A DNA stretch of 50,966 nt, filler included, from Stramenopiles sp. TOSAG23-3 (Eukaryota): NCBI GenBank assembly GCA_900128585.1. It is 4 parts of 4 records of this genome, joined end to end, with 100 filler letters (N's around TTAATTAATTAA, not from the genome) between each part and the next. Parts side by side here need not be neighbours in the genome. Positions count along the whole stretch, not along the records: positions 23,591 to 46,747 come from LT642317.1; positions 46,848 to 48,857 come from LT645155.1; positions 48,958 to 50,966 come from LT645156.1; 1 more part is not named here. One strand, written 5' to 3'. Below the pieces are notes generated by a model. It did no database searches. It was not told the origin of the DNA and saw only the letters and a program-made list of their open reading frames with translations. The position numbers were made by a program, and so were the translations under genes. Every line of letters begins with the position of its first letter. Within the stretch, counting starts at the first letter, position 1. Shown here piece by piece: positions 39,376 through 49,312 of the stretch.

Positions 39376-40002
39376 TTACTTTATCAGCATTAAATGTTGC
39401 AACGCTAAGTGCTCCTCTATAAACACACCATTGGTCAATAGACCGTATGTTTCAAACAGTTTCTTCAAAATATTAGGAGGGAAAAACAGGTCTACATCAC
39501 CAAGTTCCATTTTTTCGTTCTGTTGGTGGAATCTTTCTGAAAGTTTCGCCACTACTTTGCTTATCAATTCCATGGCAATGGACGGCCCCGACAAGGCGCG
39601 GTGTTCTACTTCGATAATTACACTGTCGATTCTCTGGCTCATTGCTCTCACGCCTATGCGAATGTTGTAGTCTCCGCACTGGTACTGCTTTCCTTGTATT
39701 ATCCCTTCTCTTCGGGTGCGATACCCTTTCAATCTATCGTCCATACTATTTTTCTTTAAAGTGACCATCGCGAAGTCTTTCAACAAGTACTCGAATTTAC
39801 TTGTGTTCATGTTCACTATAAACATCATGGAATCATCGTCTTCCTTGCTAGATAACAGAGATTTCGCTCTAACATCCCATTCGCCTGCAATTTCTACGTT
39901 AGGAAATAGACTCCCCACCGCCACTCCTAATTTTTCAACAACCGTGCCGGGGTCAAGCCTAGAGTTCAGTTTGAGCCTGAAGACGCGGGTAAACCCTCCC
40001 AT
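39376..40002 (-). CDS. MED20: Mediator complex subunit 20
   Basis: GKQYQCGDYNIRIG...SVIIEVEH matches the Med20 core; ATG at 40002 (MGGFTRV). Confidence 0.75.
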   Translation of the reverse strand: MGGFTRVFRLKLNSRLDPGTVVEKLGVAVGSLFPNVEIAGEWDVRAKSLLSSKEDDDSMMFIVNMNTSKFEYLLKDFAMVTLKKNSMDDRLKGYRTRREGIIQGKQYQCGDYNIRIGVRAMSQRIDSVIIEVEHRALSGPSIAMELISKVVAKLSERFHQQNEKMELGDVDLFFPPNILKKLFETYGLLTNGVFIEEHLALQHLMLIK

Positions 40003-41144
40003 TTCCCTGCAACGGACTGCGCCTCTGGTTCTCTGACCCTTCGAAATAAACAGCACGCTACAAAACCAAGCACACTTTCCAAAATTCGCGTAAAAAACGG
40101 ATCATACCCAACAACACAAAAACCACCTTTCTCTAGATAGATATCACATAAAAACATACGCAGGGTATATTCTGTCGCAATCCTTAAACATGTTACACCC
40201 AACAAAAAAAAGGACCAAGTCAGTCGTCAGCCAAAATAATAATAATAATATTTTTAAAAAAAAAATAATAAAAATTATTATTACACTCCACTCCACCACC
40301 CACCACCACACACCTCACTCCACGTTCCTTTCTTCTCCTTCCTTCTCCTTCTCCTTCCTTCTCCTTCTCCTTCTCCTTCTCCTTCCTTCCTTCCTTCCTC
40401 TTTTCTCTTCTTCTCCGTCCATCCCTATACGTAGTAATATTTTATATAGGAACTATCGAAATATTCCATAGTTAATTTATATATTAATTATAAAATAAAA
40501 ATATACTTATCCTCGTTATTATTATTATATATATATTGATATAATAGAATAGTTGATATAGGGATATCGGTTCTTTCTATTAAAATACGTAGTTAAGTTG
40601 GGTCTGCTTGAGGCATATAAATAATAAAGATAAATAATAATAATAATAAATACGGGAAATAATGAATGAGGAAGTTCAATTTGTTAAAAATATATGATTT
40701 AACATAAGAATAGTAAGGAATAAAAGGAGTCACAAAAGGTTCGTTCAAATTACTATTGGAGCAGAGAAAAGTTTAATGGATGCTGTGTATATGTTAATAC
40801 GGGATTTTTTTTTGAATGTTTTTATTTTATATTTAATATTCCCCACTGCATGCTGTGTGTTGTTGTTGTACTCCTCCTCTGGAAGAAGAAGAAAGAGAGA
40901 TCGCGGCGGCGGTGGTGGTGGTGGAGGAAGAATGGACCGACGACGTGCGTCAGTTTTTTTGGGCTTTGTTTTTATATCGGTCCGATATGTACATACAATT
41001 GATGAAAGAATGAAAAGGTTTGTTGGAAACGTTGGGATTAGAATGTATTTATGGTTTGATTGTGGATATGCACGCATACGTATTGAATAGGATATTGTGT
41101 TGTGTTTTGTAATTGGTGGCGACAATATAGCAGCAGTTGTTTTG

Positions 41145-43313
41145 ATGGTCCATCCTACCGTCAACAACGTGGACGGTGGTGGTGCCAAAGGCGTTATGGA
41201 AAGCTTTGCGGGGAACGGGACGTCACACCCAACGAACATGCAGATAGAGACAGTCTCCTTGTACTGTATTTTTGTGGTGTCATTTTTGTACTTGTGGCTC
41301 ACGATATATGCGATTCGGCAGGTCTTTGGGATAGTGTGTACAAAGGAAAAGGAAAGTTTGTCCAGCAAGTCAGTCCGGCAGAGGTACTTGACAGTTCAAT
41401 TTGCCACGGCCTTCCACGGTGCCGTCCGTTTTTGTTTATTGATTATGGCGTATTTTACCGATACGTCGAGTACGTCGACGTCTACCACCCAGCTCAGGCG
41501 CGCTGTGCTCGGTGACATCCCAGGTTTTATATTTGTCATCATTTACATGATGATTCTGAATGACGTTCACTCAAAATTTTCGAACTATTTCAACTTTACA
41601 GCGAGCAGCAACCCGAGCACCCCTTTGCTGATGGGGACACCGCAAAGCAGCAACGCAGGAAGCACGGCCAGCAGCCCGGAGAGTTCTGAGAAGTCGGGGG
41701 GCGTGTTTGATATGACGTCAAGATCCATGCGCTCAAGGGTTGGACGGCTAAAGCAGCGGCTAAAGCCGAAAATGCGAGACAGCGATACCTTGCGAATATT
41801 TTTAGTATTTGTGTTTGCCACTGCGTTGCTCTCGTGGTTAATCCTGATTGTGTTCATATCCTCCAACGACCAAGGGAACGCGTTGAACTTCGAAGGCAAA
41901 CAGCTGAATGAAATTCGGGACGGTCTATTTTTTGCGCTATTTCTTGTGGTCGTTGTTTTGGGCGTGTTCTCTTTGTACCGCATACGGTGGATCGACGACG
42001 AGGCGTACGTAGTTCGCCAGTTTGGGTTCGCTACCTCCAGCCTCAGCCTTCTCTTACACACGATCGCAATTACCTTTTTTGTTCGCTTTAGTGCGGTGTC
42101 CGTTACCATGTTTGATATGAGGGAGACGGGGCGGCCGGTACTGATCATACCGAACAGCGACGTTGTTGATTTGGTGTTTAGCGTAGTCTACTATATAGTG
42201 TGTGAACTCATATGCGCCAATGTGACTATACACGTTCTGCGCAACCGTTTGTTTACAGACGACCACGATGAAGTCCTGGAGCGCGGAGCATTGCCCGAAA
42301 ACCTTGAGATATCGCCAATGGAAATAATTGATTTGGAAGCAGTCGGGTCTGGAGGATATGGTATCGTCTACAGGGCCATTTACCGCTCGCTGCCGGTGGC
42401 GGTAAAGAAGTTTCACCCTAAATTGGGCAACGAGGTAATACCACTAAGCGTGCACACGGAGCAACGGCGACGATTTGTCCAAGAAGCGCAAATATTGTGC
42501 AAGTTGAGAAGCCCGCGGGTCGTCAACATGCTTGGGTTCACGTATTTCCCGAAAGAGAAATCGTTTGCGCTCGTGATGGAATACATAGAACGTGGTAGTT
42601 TGTTCAAAATTTTGCATGGATCGAACGTTCCTTTAAACATAGGGGGCGCAGTGATGTGCGCGGAGCGCATCGCGGAGGGGCTCGTGTTCTTGCATGCAAG
42701 CGGTATCATTCACCGTGACTTGAAGAGTGGAAACATACTTATCGACGATAGTTTCAATCCAAAAATATGCGACTTCGGTCTGTCAAAGCAGTTTCTGGAC
42801 GAAGATTCTTTCTCTTCTATGCCAAGTGCGCATGGCACGGTTTCCTGGTCGGCACCAGAGCTTTTGCTTGGCAGAGAATGTACAACAAAAGTTGATATCT
42901 ACTCCTTCGCATTTATTTTGTGGGAATTGCTCGCCCGTGCCATTCCTCACCGACGACTGCAAAATGCGGAGGTAATTTATGGGGTGTTGGGCAGAAAACA
43001 ATTACGCCCGCCTGTTCCAAACTTCCTGCGGGATCAGGAGATGGATGCAAGCGATGTTGATGGGTGGAAATTGTGCAAATCGGCAGAAGAGGATTTGTTG
43101 CAAATACTTAAGTGCGGCTGGTCCCCTGATCCTGTAAAACGCCCCAATGCGAGTCTGATGTTAGAGCAATTGCGAAAATGGAGAGAGAGTGCTCCGAAGC
43201 ACTTTTTATCCATCGAGTTGATTCGGGAGCAAGTCAAACTAGAACAGAAAAAAGCGAAAATGAAAGCAAGAATGGCTGCAAAGAAGAGTACCCCTGCAGA
43301 GGCCAAGCAATGA
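41145..43313 (+). CDS. Seven-TM (TOM1/THH1-like, GPCR-like) domain fused to a TKL protein kinase
   Basis: Seven hydrophobic segments including GDIPGFIF and YYIVCELI; kinase motifs GSGGYG, VAVKK, HRDLKSGN, DFG, GTVSWSAPE, DIYSF. Confidence 0.9.
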   Translation: MVHPTVNNVDGGGAKGVMESFAGNGTSHPTNMQIETVSLYCIFVVSFLYLWLTIYAIRQVFGIVCTKEKESLSSKSVRQRYLTVQFATAFHGAVRFCLLIMAYFTDTSSTSTSTTQLRRAVLGDIPGFIFVIIYMMILNDVHSKFSNYFNFTASSNPSTPLLMGTPQSSNAGSTASSPESSEKSGGVFDMTSRSMRSRVGRLKQRLKPKMRDSDTLRIFLVFVFATALLSWLILIVFISSNDQGNALNFEGKQLNEIRDGLFFALFLVVVVLGVFSLYRIRWIDDEAYVVRQFGFATSSLSLLLHTIAITFFVRFSAVSVTMFDMRETGRPVLIIPNSDVVDLVFSVVYYIVCELICANVTIHVLRNRLFTDDHDEVLERGALPENLEISPMEIIDLEAVGSGGYGIVYRAIYRSLPVAVKKFHPKLGNEVIPLSVHTEQRRRFVQEAQILCKLRSPRVVNMLGFTYFPKEKSFALVMEYIERGSLFKILHGSNVPLNIGGAVMCAERIAEGLVFLHASGIIHRDLKSGNILIDDSFNPKICDFGLSKQFLDEDSFSSMPSAHGTVSWSAPELLLGRECTTKVDIYSFAFILWELLARAIPHRRLQNAEVIYGVLGRKQLRPPVPNFLRDQEMDASDVDGWKLCKSAEEDLLQILKCGWSPDPVKRPNASLMLEQLRKWRESAPKHFLSIELIREQVKLEQKKAKMKARMAAKKSTPAEAKQ

Positions 43314-43522
43314 TCGTGTGGCTGCGTACGAGTTATTTATATATTAAATCTTAATTCACTCTTTTAATACGAGATCTTTAATGCTGAAAAGTAAAACAAA
43401 ACAAAGCCACCTCCATTGCACTTACCAGTAATGTACTGGGCGCATGTCATACGCATTTCGATTTTCTTTTAGAAGTAAGATTAGGCACCGCACCCCTAAT
43501 TTACTCTTGCGATTTTTACGAG

Positions 43523-45550
43523 TTACATTTGATACATCAGTTGGTGTTGGTTTCCGCTTTGGTCAGAACGTGGAAATACATTGCCTGCGCCGTATTTTCC
43601 CTGAAAATTATTGTGATGGGAAGACATCGCCACCAAAGACCCATCTGCCATGCTGGGATATGTCGTAGAGGCGGGTTGGCGATGATACTGCGAGCCAGGA
43701 TTGTCTTGGTTACCATCGTTGTACCAATTTCTTGTGCTACTGTTTTGAATCCCTGGTTGTTGCGAAAAGTGAGGGTTGGCGTTGTGTGGAGCATTTAAGT
43801 GACGCTCCCCATTTCTTGCAGCTTGATACGACAATTGAGGGCTATGGACACCTTGGTTCGCAGAGTCTTCGCTTTCAAACGTTAAATTCGGGTCTGTGTC
43901 CGGTTCCTTCTGCATATGGCGGAATGTGTGCTGGTGGATTGTGCCTTCTTGGATGTGATTCTGCAGCTGAAAATTCTCCGTATTTCTCCGCTCCAATTCT
44001 TCTTTGGTGTTCTGAAGTTCTTCCTTCAGCATAGACACCTCCTCGACTGCTCGTTTCCGAAAGTTAGCAAACGCTGCCTCCGCCCCCCTGAGTTTTTCTT
44101 CCATTGCATGCAGCGTTTGGACTGTCTGACGGTGTTCATATTGGTGGAACTCCTTTGCGCTAGTTTCCATCCGCACAGTAATTTCCAGGCGCCTTATTTT
44201 TTCGTCTCTATGGCGAAGCATTTCTTCGAACTTTTCGACAGAGTTTCTATTCCTTGGCGCCCCGCTCTCCGGGTCGTTTGCATTGCCCCCGCCAAAATGC
44301 GATGTAAATGGCGACAGGTATTGCCCAGCACCTTGTTCGCCGCCCACCCCGGAATGTAATGCTGTGTTGATAGATTGATACGATCGTAGACTTGCATCTG
44401 CCCCCTCAAGATTGCCGTTTGTAGTTTGTGCAGCATCCGCACCTTTTCCAGCCTCCTCATGATCCCTGTTGCCCCTTTCGACTTTGGCCACATCCGCTCG
44501 AGGTGATGCGAAATTGTACTTCTGGTCCGTTCCCATGTAATCCATATTGTTGTAATTCTCTGGGTTCGTTGCCGTCGCGTTGTAAGCCGCATTGTCGTTG
44601 TACAGCCCCCCGATTCCATTGTGCACAGGATCCGTACCAGTTGCAATAGAGTGTGCCAGCGTCCTTCCCGAATGGTAGCCTTCTCCCGACTCCACCCCGT
44701 TACGCATTGCGTTGGAGGAGGATTCTTGCGGGGCCAGTACCCTGTCGTGCGTAGTGCCAGAATTGCGATTGCCTGCAATAGCACTAGTGCTGTGGGAAAG
44801 CCATTCGGCGTGACTATTCTCAGCACCGTTTCCACCCGGACCGTTTGGGGACGTAGCTCCAATAGGAGCTAGCACTGCCGTTCGAACAGCGGTCTCGTTG
44901 GCCTGGCGCTCGTTGTTTGTTTGCCCTGTAAGGCCTAATACCGGCTGTTTTCCAATCGCAACGGCGCTTGCTCTCTTCGTTGGGGATACTCTCCCGTTAT
45001 CGGCCGACTGTTTCGGACGGACAGCATCGCTCCCGCCCCGACCCCCTACGGCTTTTGCTGGTCCGTTCTGTGCGTTGCCGTTCGCTGCTTGCTTGTTCGG
45101 GGGCGTTTTCCGGGACCGCCTCCTTCGTGTGCGTTTGATTGGGATCCAATTTTGCTTCTCAGCGTTCGGGCAGGTTGGCCTTGTATGACCCTTTTCCCCA
45201 CACATCCCACACTCGTACACCGATGCCTTGTAGTACCTGTTTCCCCTCTTCCTTTTCTTTTTTTGTGCTGGGGATTTCTCTTTTCCTGAGGCCGTCTTCT
45301 CTGCCGCCTTCTTGCCTTCCGTGGATTTAATCTTGCTCGAAGAAGTTTCCTCACTCCCATCGGCATTGCCAGGGCCACCATCGTTACCTGGATCGGCAGC
45401 AGCAACTGCATCTGCGGTAGAAGTTGACGGCATGGAACCCGCCGTTTCCTCCTCCTCCTGCGCCTTATTTTCCACCGTTTTCTTGCCCCGTGCTACTGGC
45501 TCCTTTGCCCCATGGGGACGGGAGCGTGGCGACCGTCGCCTGGATGACAT
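43523..45550 (-). CDS. CCHC zinc-knuckle protein with basic NLS-like tracts, disordered regions and coiled coil
   Basis: CGMCGEKGHTRPTC; KKKRKRG; heptad region near the C-terminus. ATG 45550 preferred, although the ORF extends upstream to 45712. Confidence 0.8.
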   Translation of the reverse strand: MSSRRRSPRSRPHGAKEPVARGKKTVENKAQEEEETAGSMPSTSTADAVAAADPGNDGGPGNADGSEETSSSKIKSTEGKKAAEKTASGKEKSPAQKKKRKRGNRYYKASVYECGMCGEKGHTRPTCPNAEKQNWIPIKRTRRRRSRKTPPNKQAANGNAQNGPAKAVGGRGGSDAVRPKQSADNGRVSPTKRASAVAIGKQPVLGLTGQTNNERQANETAVRTAVLAPIGATSPNGPGGNGAENSHAEWLSHSTSAIAGNRNSGTTHDRVLAPQESSSNAMRNGVESGEGYHSGRTLAHSIATGTDPVHNGIGGLYNDNAAYNATATNPENYNNMDYMGTDQKYNFASPRADVAKVERGNRDHEEAGKGADAAQTTNGNLEGADASLRSYQSINTALHSGVGGEQGAGQYLSPFTSHFGGGNANDPESGAPRNRNSVEKFEEMLRHRDEKIRRLEITVRMETSAKEFHQYEHRQTVQTLHAMEEKLRGAEAAFANFRKRAVEEVSMLKEELQNTKEELERRNTENFQLQNHIQEGTIHQHTFRHMQKEPDTDPNLTFESEDSANQGVHSPQLSYQAARNGERHLNAPHNANPHFSQQPGIQNSSTRNWYNDGNQDNPGSQYHRQPASTTYPSMADGSLVAMSSHHNNFQGKYGAGNVFPRSDQSGNQHQLMYQM

Positions 45551-45730
45551 GTTCTTCAGTGTCCGGTCCTCTTTCTTTCCGTCGCGATTGGGTTGGAACG
45601 CTTCAACAATATACTTACAGGTCGACCGAGATTGTATACAAAAACAAATAACCAAACGAAGGGTTTCTTTTCTAAAAACCTCTTGATAAAATAAAAGTGT
45701 ATGCATATGCACCTCCTCTACATATTTAGT

Positions 45731-46056
45731 TTAAGAAGAAGAAGAAATAAAAAAAAGAAGATAATATATTTTATTGGATTTATATTAACACATAATAAAT
45801 ATTATAAGAAAGAAGAAGAAGAAGAAAAGAAGAAGAAAGAAGAAGACAGTGTGGAAGAAGAAGAAGAGAGAAGAAGAAGACAGTGTGGAAGAAGAAGAAG
45901 AAGAAGAAGAAGAAGAAAGAAAAAAAAAAAAAAAAGAAAAAAAAAAAAGAATAAAAGAAAAAAAAAAAAGAAGAAGAAATAAAAGAAAGAAGAAGAAGAA
46001 AGAAAGAATAATTTTTAAAAAAGAAAGAAGAGAAAGCAGGAGCAGAGCAGGAAGAA
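45731..46056. repeat. (AAG)n / poly-A low-complexity tract with duplicated GAAGACAGTGTGGAAGAAG
   Basis: Seen directly. Confidence 0.9.
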
Positions 46057-46666
46057 CGGAGAAAATTGTCTAAATAATAAGGATTTGTTGTATGTAAAGA
46101 GAAATATGTCCGTCCTCCGTCCTCTTTTTTTTATTTATTTTAATAGTCGTTCTAGCTAATGAATTATTGATTTACTGTACCTCTGAAAAGGTGGATAAAA
46201 AATATTTTATATTTTCAATTATAATAGATTATACTTCTTATATTAATTATAATTAGAACGACTATATAAAAGAAACCAAATACATTCACATTTAAATATA
46301 CACACAACAGCTCTATTCATTAAATATAAACACCCTTAATTAATACCAATGCTATAACTATATTATTTAAAAATTAATATACTGTAACGTGTCTATCATA
46401 TATCATAATTCAGAAGAATGAAGATTAGATAGGGATATTGGATATATTAGAATATATTATTATTGTAATTATCCTATAATCATTATATAATTTAAAATAG
46501 ACAGACGCGAAGGAAAGAAAGAAAGAAAGAAAGAAAAGGAACAAACAACTTTAAAAATACCGTTACACAATAGACTGAGTACTGAGAAAATATACAAGAA
46601 AGAAAAATAGTAGAATTTTAACATCTGTTTAGCATTGTAATCAATCATCAAGCTCATCATCATCTT

Positions 46667-46670
46667 CTTT

Positions 46671-46706
<36 letters not shown>

Positions 46707-46747
46707 TGTTTCTTTGTTTCTTTGTTTCTTTGTTTCTTTGTTTCTTT
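46667..46747. repeat. (TTTC)n grading into (TTTCTTTG)n at a contig end
   Basis: Seen directly, abutting the gap. Confidence 0.92.
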
Positions 46748-46847
46748 NNNNNNNNNNNNNNNNNNNNNNNNNNNNNNNNNNNNNNNNNNNNTTAATTAAT
46801 TAANNNNNNNNNNNNNNNNNNNNNNNNNNNNNNNNNNNNNNNNNNNN
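46748..46847. other. Assembly gap with artificial linker
   Basis: 44 N + TTAATTAATTAA + 44 N. Confidence 0.97.
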
Positions 46848-46942
46848 TTACCGCAGCAGGACCCGGATTTTAGGCCACGGAGACCATTTTTTGAACCGCT
46901 GAAACGGCGGAACGATTGGCTTCGGGGGACTTGGGCGGCGCC

Positions 46943-48706
46943 ATGCGCAAACATCTTCTTGTAAGGATCTTGCGGCGTTTGGCTTCAGAACTTAACAACG
47001 CTGCCTGGCGCGTCAAGAAACGAAAATACGCCGTAATTTTGTGCGCCTGTATCGGTATCGTCCTGGTGTACTCGCTTCGAACACGAGAAATTGTGCATGA
47101 GAACGTTCTCGAAAATGTAGCGAAGTTAAACCTCGTGAATGAAATTTCGCCAGCAGCTGCTGCATCCGCAGTGAAAGTTGTGGAAGCACAAACGGTGCAG
47201 GGTACAACTCCAACGACCAAACCACCATTCGTTCCCAGCCAGACTCCTATGGTCTACGATTCCCCTGCAGGTCAATCAGGGTCAGGTACATGTGGAACGC
47301 ACAAGCTGGCCTTATCAAAATCCTCACGCCGACATTTGGAAGCAGACGTCAACTTAAATCGTGGCTTGAGTGTGCATTGGGACTTCGAAGACAAAGATAG
47401 CCACGTGTTCCAAGATAAGAGCAAGCACTCTCGTACGGCGCGCTCCAAAAAGCAAATGCATAGGGTGAGAAGGTGTGATGGCAAAGCCCTCAGCTTTAGG
47501 GGGAAGAAACAAACCGATTTTCTGGTTGCAGACAACAGCAAAGGTGCTCAAGGGTTTGATCTAGGGACATCTTTCACGTTTTCATGCTGGCTGCATTTGT
47601 CCAACAGCCCACGCGGTGAGCTGTGGCAAACCATCATGGATAACGGTGTCTCGGGTTTACATCGGCCGTCGTTCGGTATGCGTGTTTTAGGCGGGAGATT
47701 GGCGGTAGATTTTTTGAGTGCGACGGCGACCGGCTCAGTTTCGCACAATTTTCCGTACTTAGACAACGAAGGTAGCAATAGTCCTACTGCGACATCTCGT
47801 AGCGAAGTTGCCCTGAAATTTGGGGTTTGGACGCATGTCGTGTTTACGATGCATCGGACCGCAGACTCACAAATCGTCACAGTGTATTTGGATGGACAGA
47901 TTGCGTTTAAAGAACCCGTAATGGGAAACAAGCGGTGTGGCGATGCCCCTAGTAATAGTACGTGCCAGGAAATCGACCCTTTGCTGCCTAAAGGGTTACT
48001 TTGGATTGGTCGGGAGGCCCCACTACGAAACGATGGAAATGCCAGAGCATTAGACGGGGCTCTAGACGATCTCAGAATATATTCCAACCGATCATTAAGC
48101 TTGGAAGAAGTACGTGCTCTGCATGAACTCGAGAGTTGCGATTCGAGTGCAAAGGGCCTCGTGGATGAGGGGAAAGAAGGCGGCAACTTGTTGTTACAAT
48201 GGAGTTTTGAAGGCAACACGCTGAATCACGCAGATGTGATTGCTGTTCCTGCACAATCCAACTCGAACGTGCAAGGACAACTTCTACCTTTGCCAAACAA
48301 AGCAAAAATATATTACTTTCGCAAAGGACCGCCGATAAAACCGAACCCTCGTCGAGAATGTCATTCAAATGGAATCCATGGCTGTGAAGTAAGATTTCGC
48401 AAGGGAGTTCCATATGTTCGCGCCATCAGCGCTGACCGCTGTTATTTTGTATCTGGGGGATCGACGACGGATTTTGGGAAGTGGGTACGCGCAGGCAAGG
48501 GGAAAGTCAGCTGCGCAACGAACCACTTTTTTTCGAGAGAAAAAGTCGCCTGCGCGTTGGGCTTTGCAGGAAGTGTTCTTTCAGCTAATGACGCCAGAGG
48601 CACAGACGATTTGGATGGAGTTGTAGAAAAACATATGGACTGGTACAACCGCGCCGTGAAAGGGTTGGCCCGACCCGCTGGTCCTGGAGAAAGCTGGCAC
48701 ACTTGA
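46943..48706 (+). CDS. Type II membrane protein with LamG/concanavalin-A-like domain
   Basis: Basic N-terminus plus TM YAVILCACIGIVLVY; motifs SVHWDFED, FTFSCWL, WTHVVFT, VYLDGQ, DGALDDLRIYSNRSLS. ATG at 46943. Confidence 0.85.
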   Translation: MRKHLLVRILRRLASELNNAAWRVKKRKYAVILCACIGIVLVYSLRTREIVHENVLENVAKLNLVNEISPAAAASAVKVVEAQTVQGTTPTTKPPFVPSQTPMVYDSPAGQSGSGTCGTHKLALSKSSRRHLEADVNLNRGLSVHWDFEDKDSHVFQDKSKHSRTARSKKQMHRVRRCDGKALSFRGKKQTDFLVADNSKGAQGFDLGTSFTFSCWLHLSNSPRGELWQTIMDNGVSGLHRPSFGMRVLGGRLAVDFLSATATGSVSHNFPYLDNEGSNSPTATSRSEVALKFGVWTHVVFTMHRTADSQIVTVYLDGQIAFKEPVMGNKRCGDAPSNSTCQEIDPLLPKGLLWIGREAPLRNDGNARALDGALDDLRIYSNRSLSLEEVRALHELESCDSSAKGLVDEGKEGGNLLLQWSFEGNTLNHADVIAVPAQSNSNVQGQLLPLPNKAKIYYFRKGPPIKPNPRRECHSNGIHGCEVRFRKGVPYVRAISADRCYFVSGGSTTDFGKWVRAGKGKVSCATNHFFSREKVACALGFAGSVLSANDARGTDDLDGVVEKHMDWYNRAVKGLARPAGPGESWHT

Positions 48707-48857
48707 CGCGCCGTGCTTAAATGGCCCCCGTGCTACTTCTTCTGACGAGTAATGCGGAAGTGAAAAATGATTAGTTTTAATTAAAAACAAGAAAATTGGC
48801 TGTTATTTAAGTAATTAAATTTAGCTTCGTCATACCCTAATCCTAACTTGGTTCTGT

Positions 48858-48957
48858 NNNNNNNNNNNNNNNNNNNNNNNNNNNNNNNNNNNNNNNNNNN
48901 NTTAATTAATTAANNNNNNNNNNNNNNNNNNNNNNNNNNNNNNNNNNNNNNNNNNNN
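48858..48957. other. Assembly gap with artificial linker
   Basis: 44 N + TTAATTAATTAA + 44 N. Confidence 0.97.
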
Positions 48958-49312
48958 TATTCATCATTCAAACTATCATAAAATTGTTTGAGACAGTGGC
49001 TATTATTGTTTTGTTGAGGCCGGGCTCTATCCCAAAACGTATTATGATGATCATAATGACATATGATAATATATGTTACGTAAGTTTATTTATAAAAACC
49101 AAGAAAATTGGCTGTTATTTAATTTAAAACAAGAAAATTGGCTGTTATTTAAGTAATTAAATTTAATTTATAAATAGAGAATAGAGCGCGGTGAAGTTTA
49201 AAAGTCTTTAATTCTGTACTCGTACACGAAAGCAGTAATTCCTCTCCAGAGACTATGATATAGGAAATTAAAAATATACAGAAGTACTTTGTTTTTTAAT
49301 TTTTTAAACGTC

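Noticed and set aside
40745-41368. 207-aa minus-strand ORF and other short, antisense or low-complexity ORFs (e.g. 8129-8428, 11233-11565, 45701-45982)
   Set aside because: They are antisense shadows of real genes or translations of microsatellites, with no protein-like motifs.
43523-45550. CCHC knuckle as a retroelement gag
   Set aside because: No protease, RT, integrase or LTRs nearby; looks like a cellular disordered protein.
48704-48748. Possible Sec/readthrough at the LamG gene TGA (would add RAVLKWPPCYFF)
   Set aside because: No redox motif and no SECIS seen downstream; the extension is short enough to be chance.
48791-48800. AAAATTGG as a Mimivirus early promoter (AAAATTGA) or CCAAT box
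   Set aside because: It mismatches the viral motif and all copies lie in 3' flanks, not upstream of starts.
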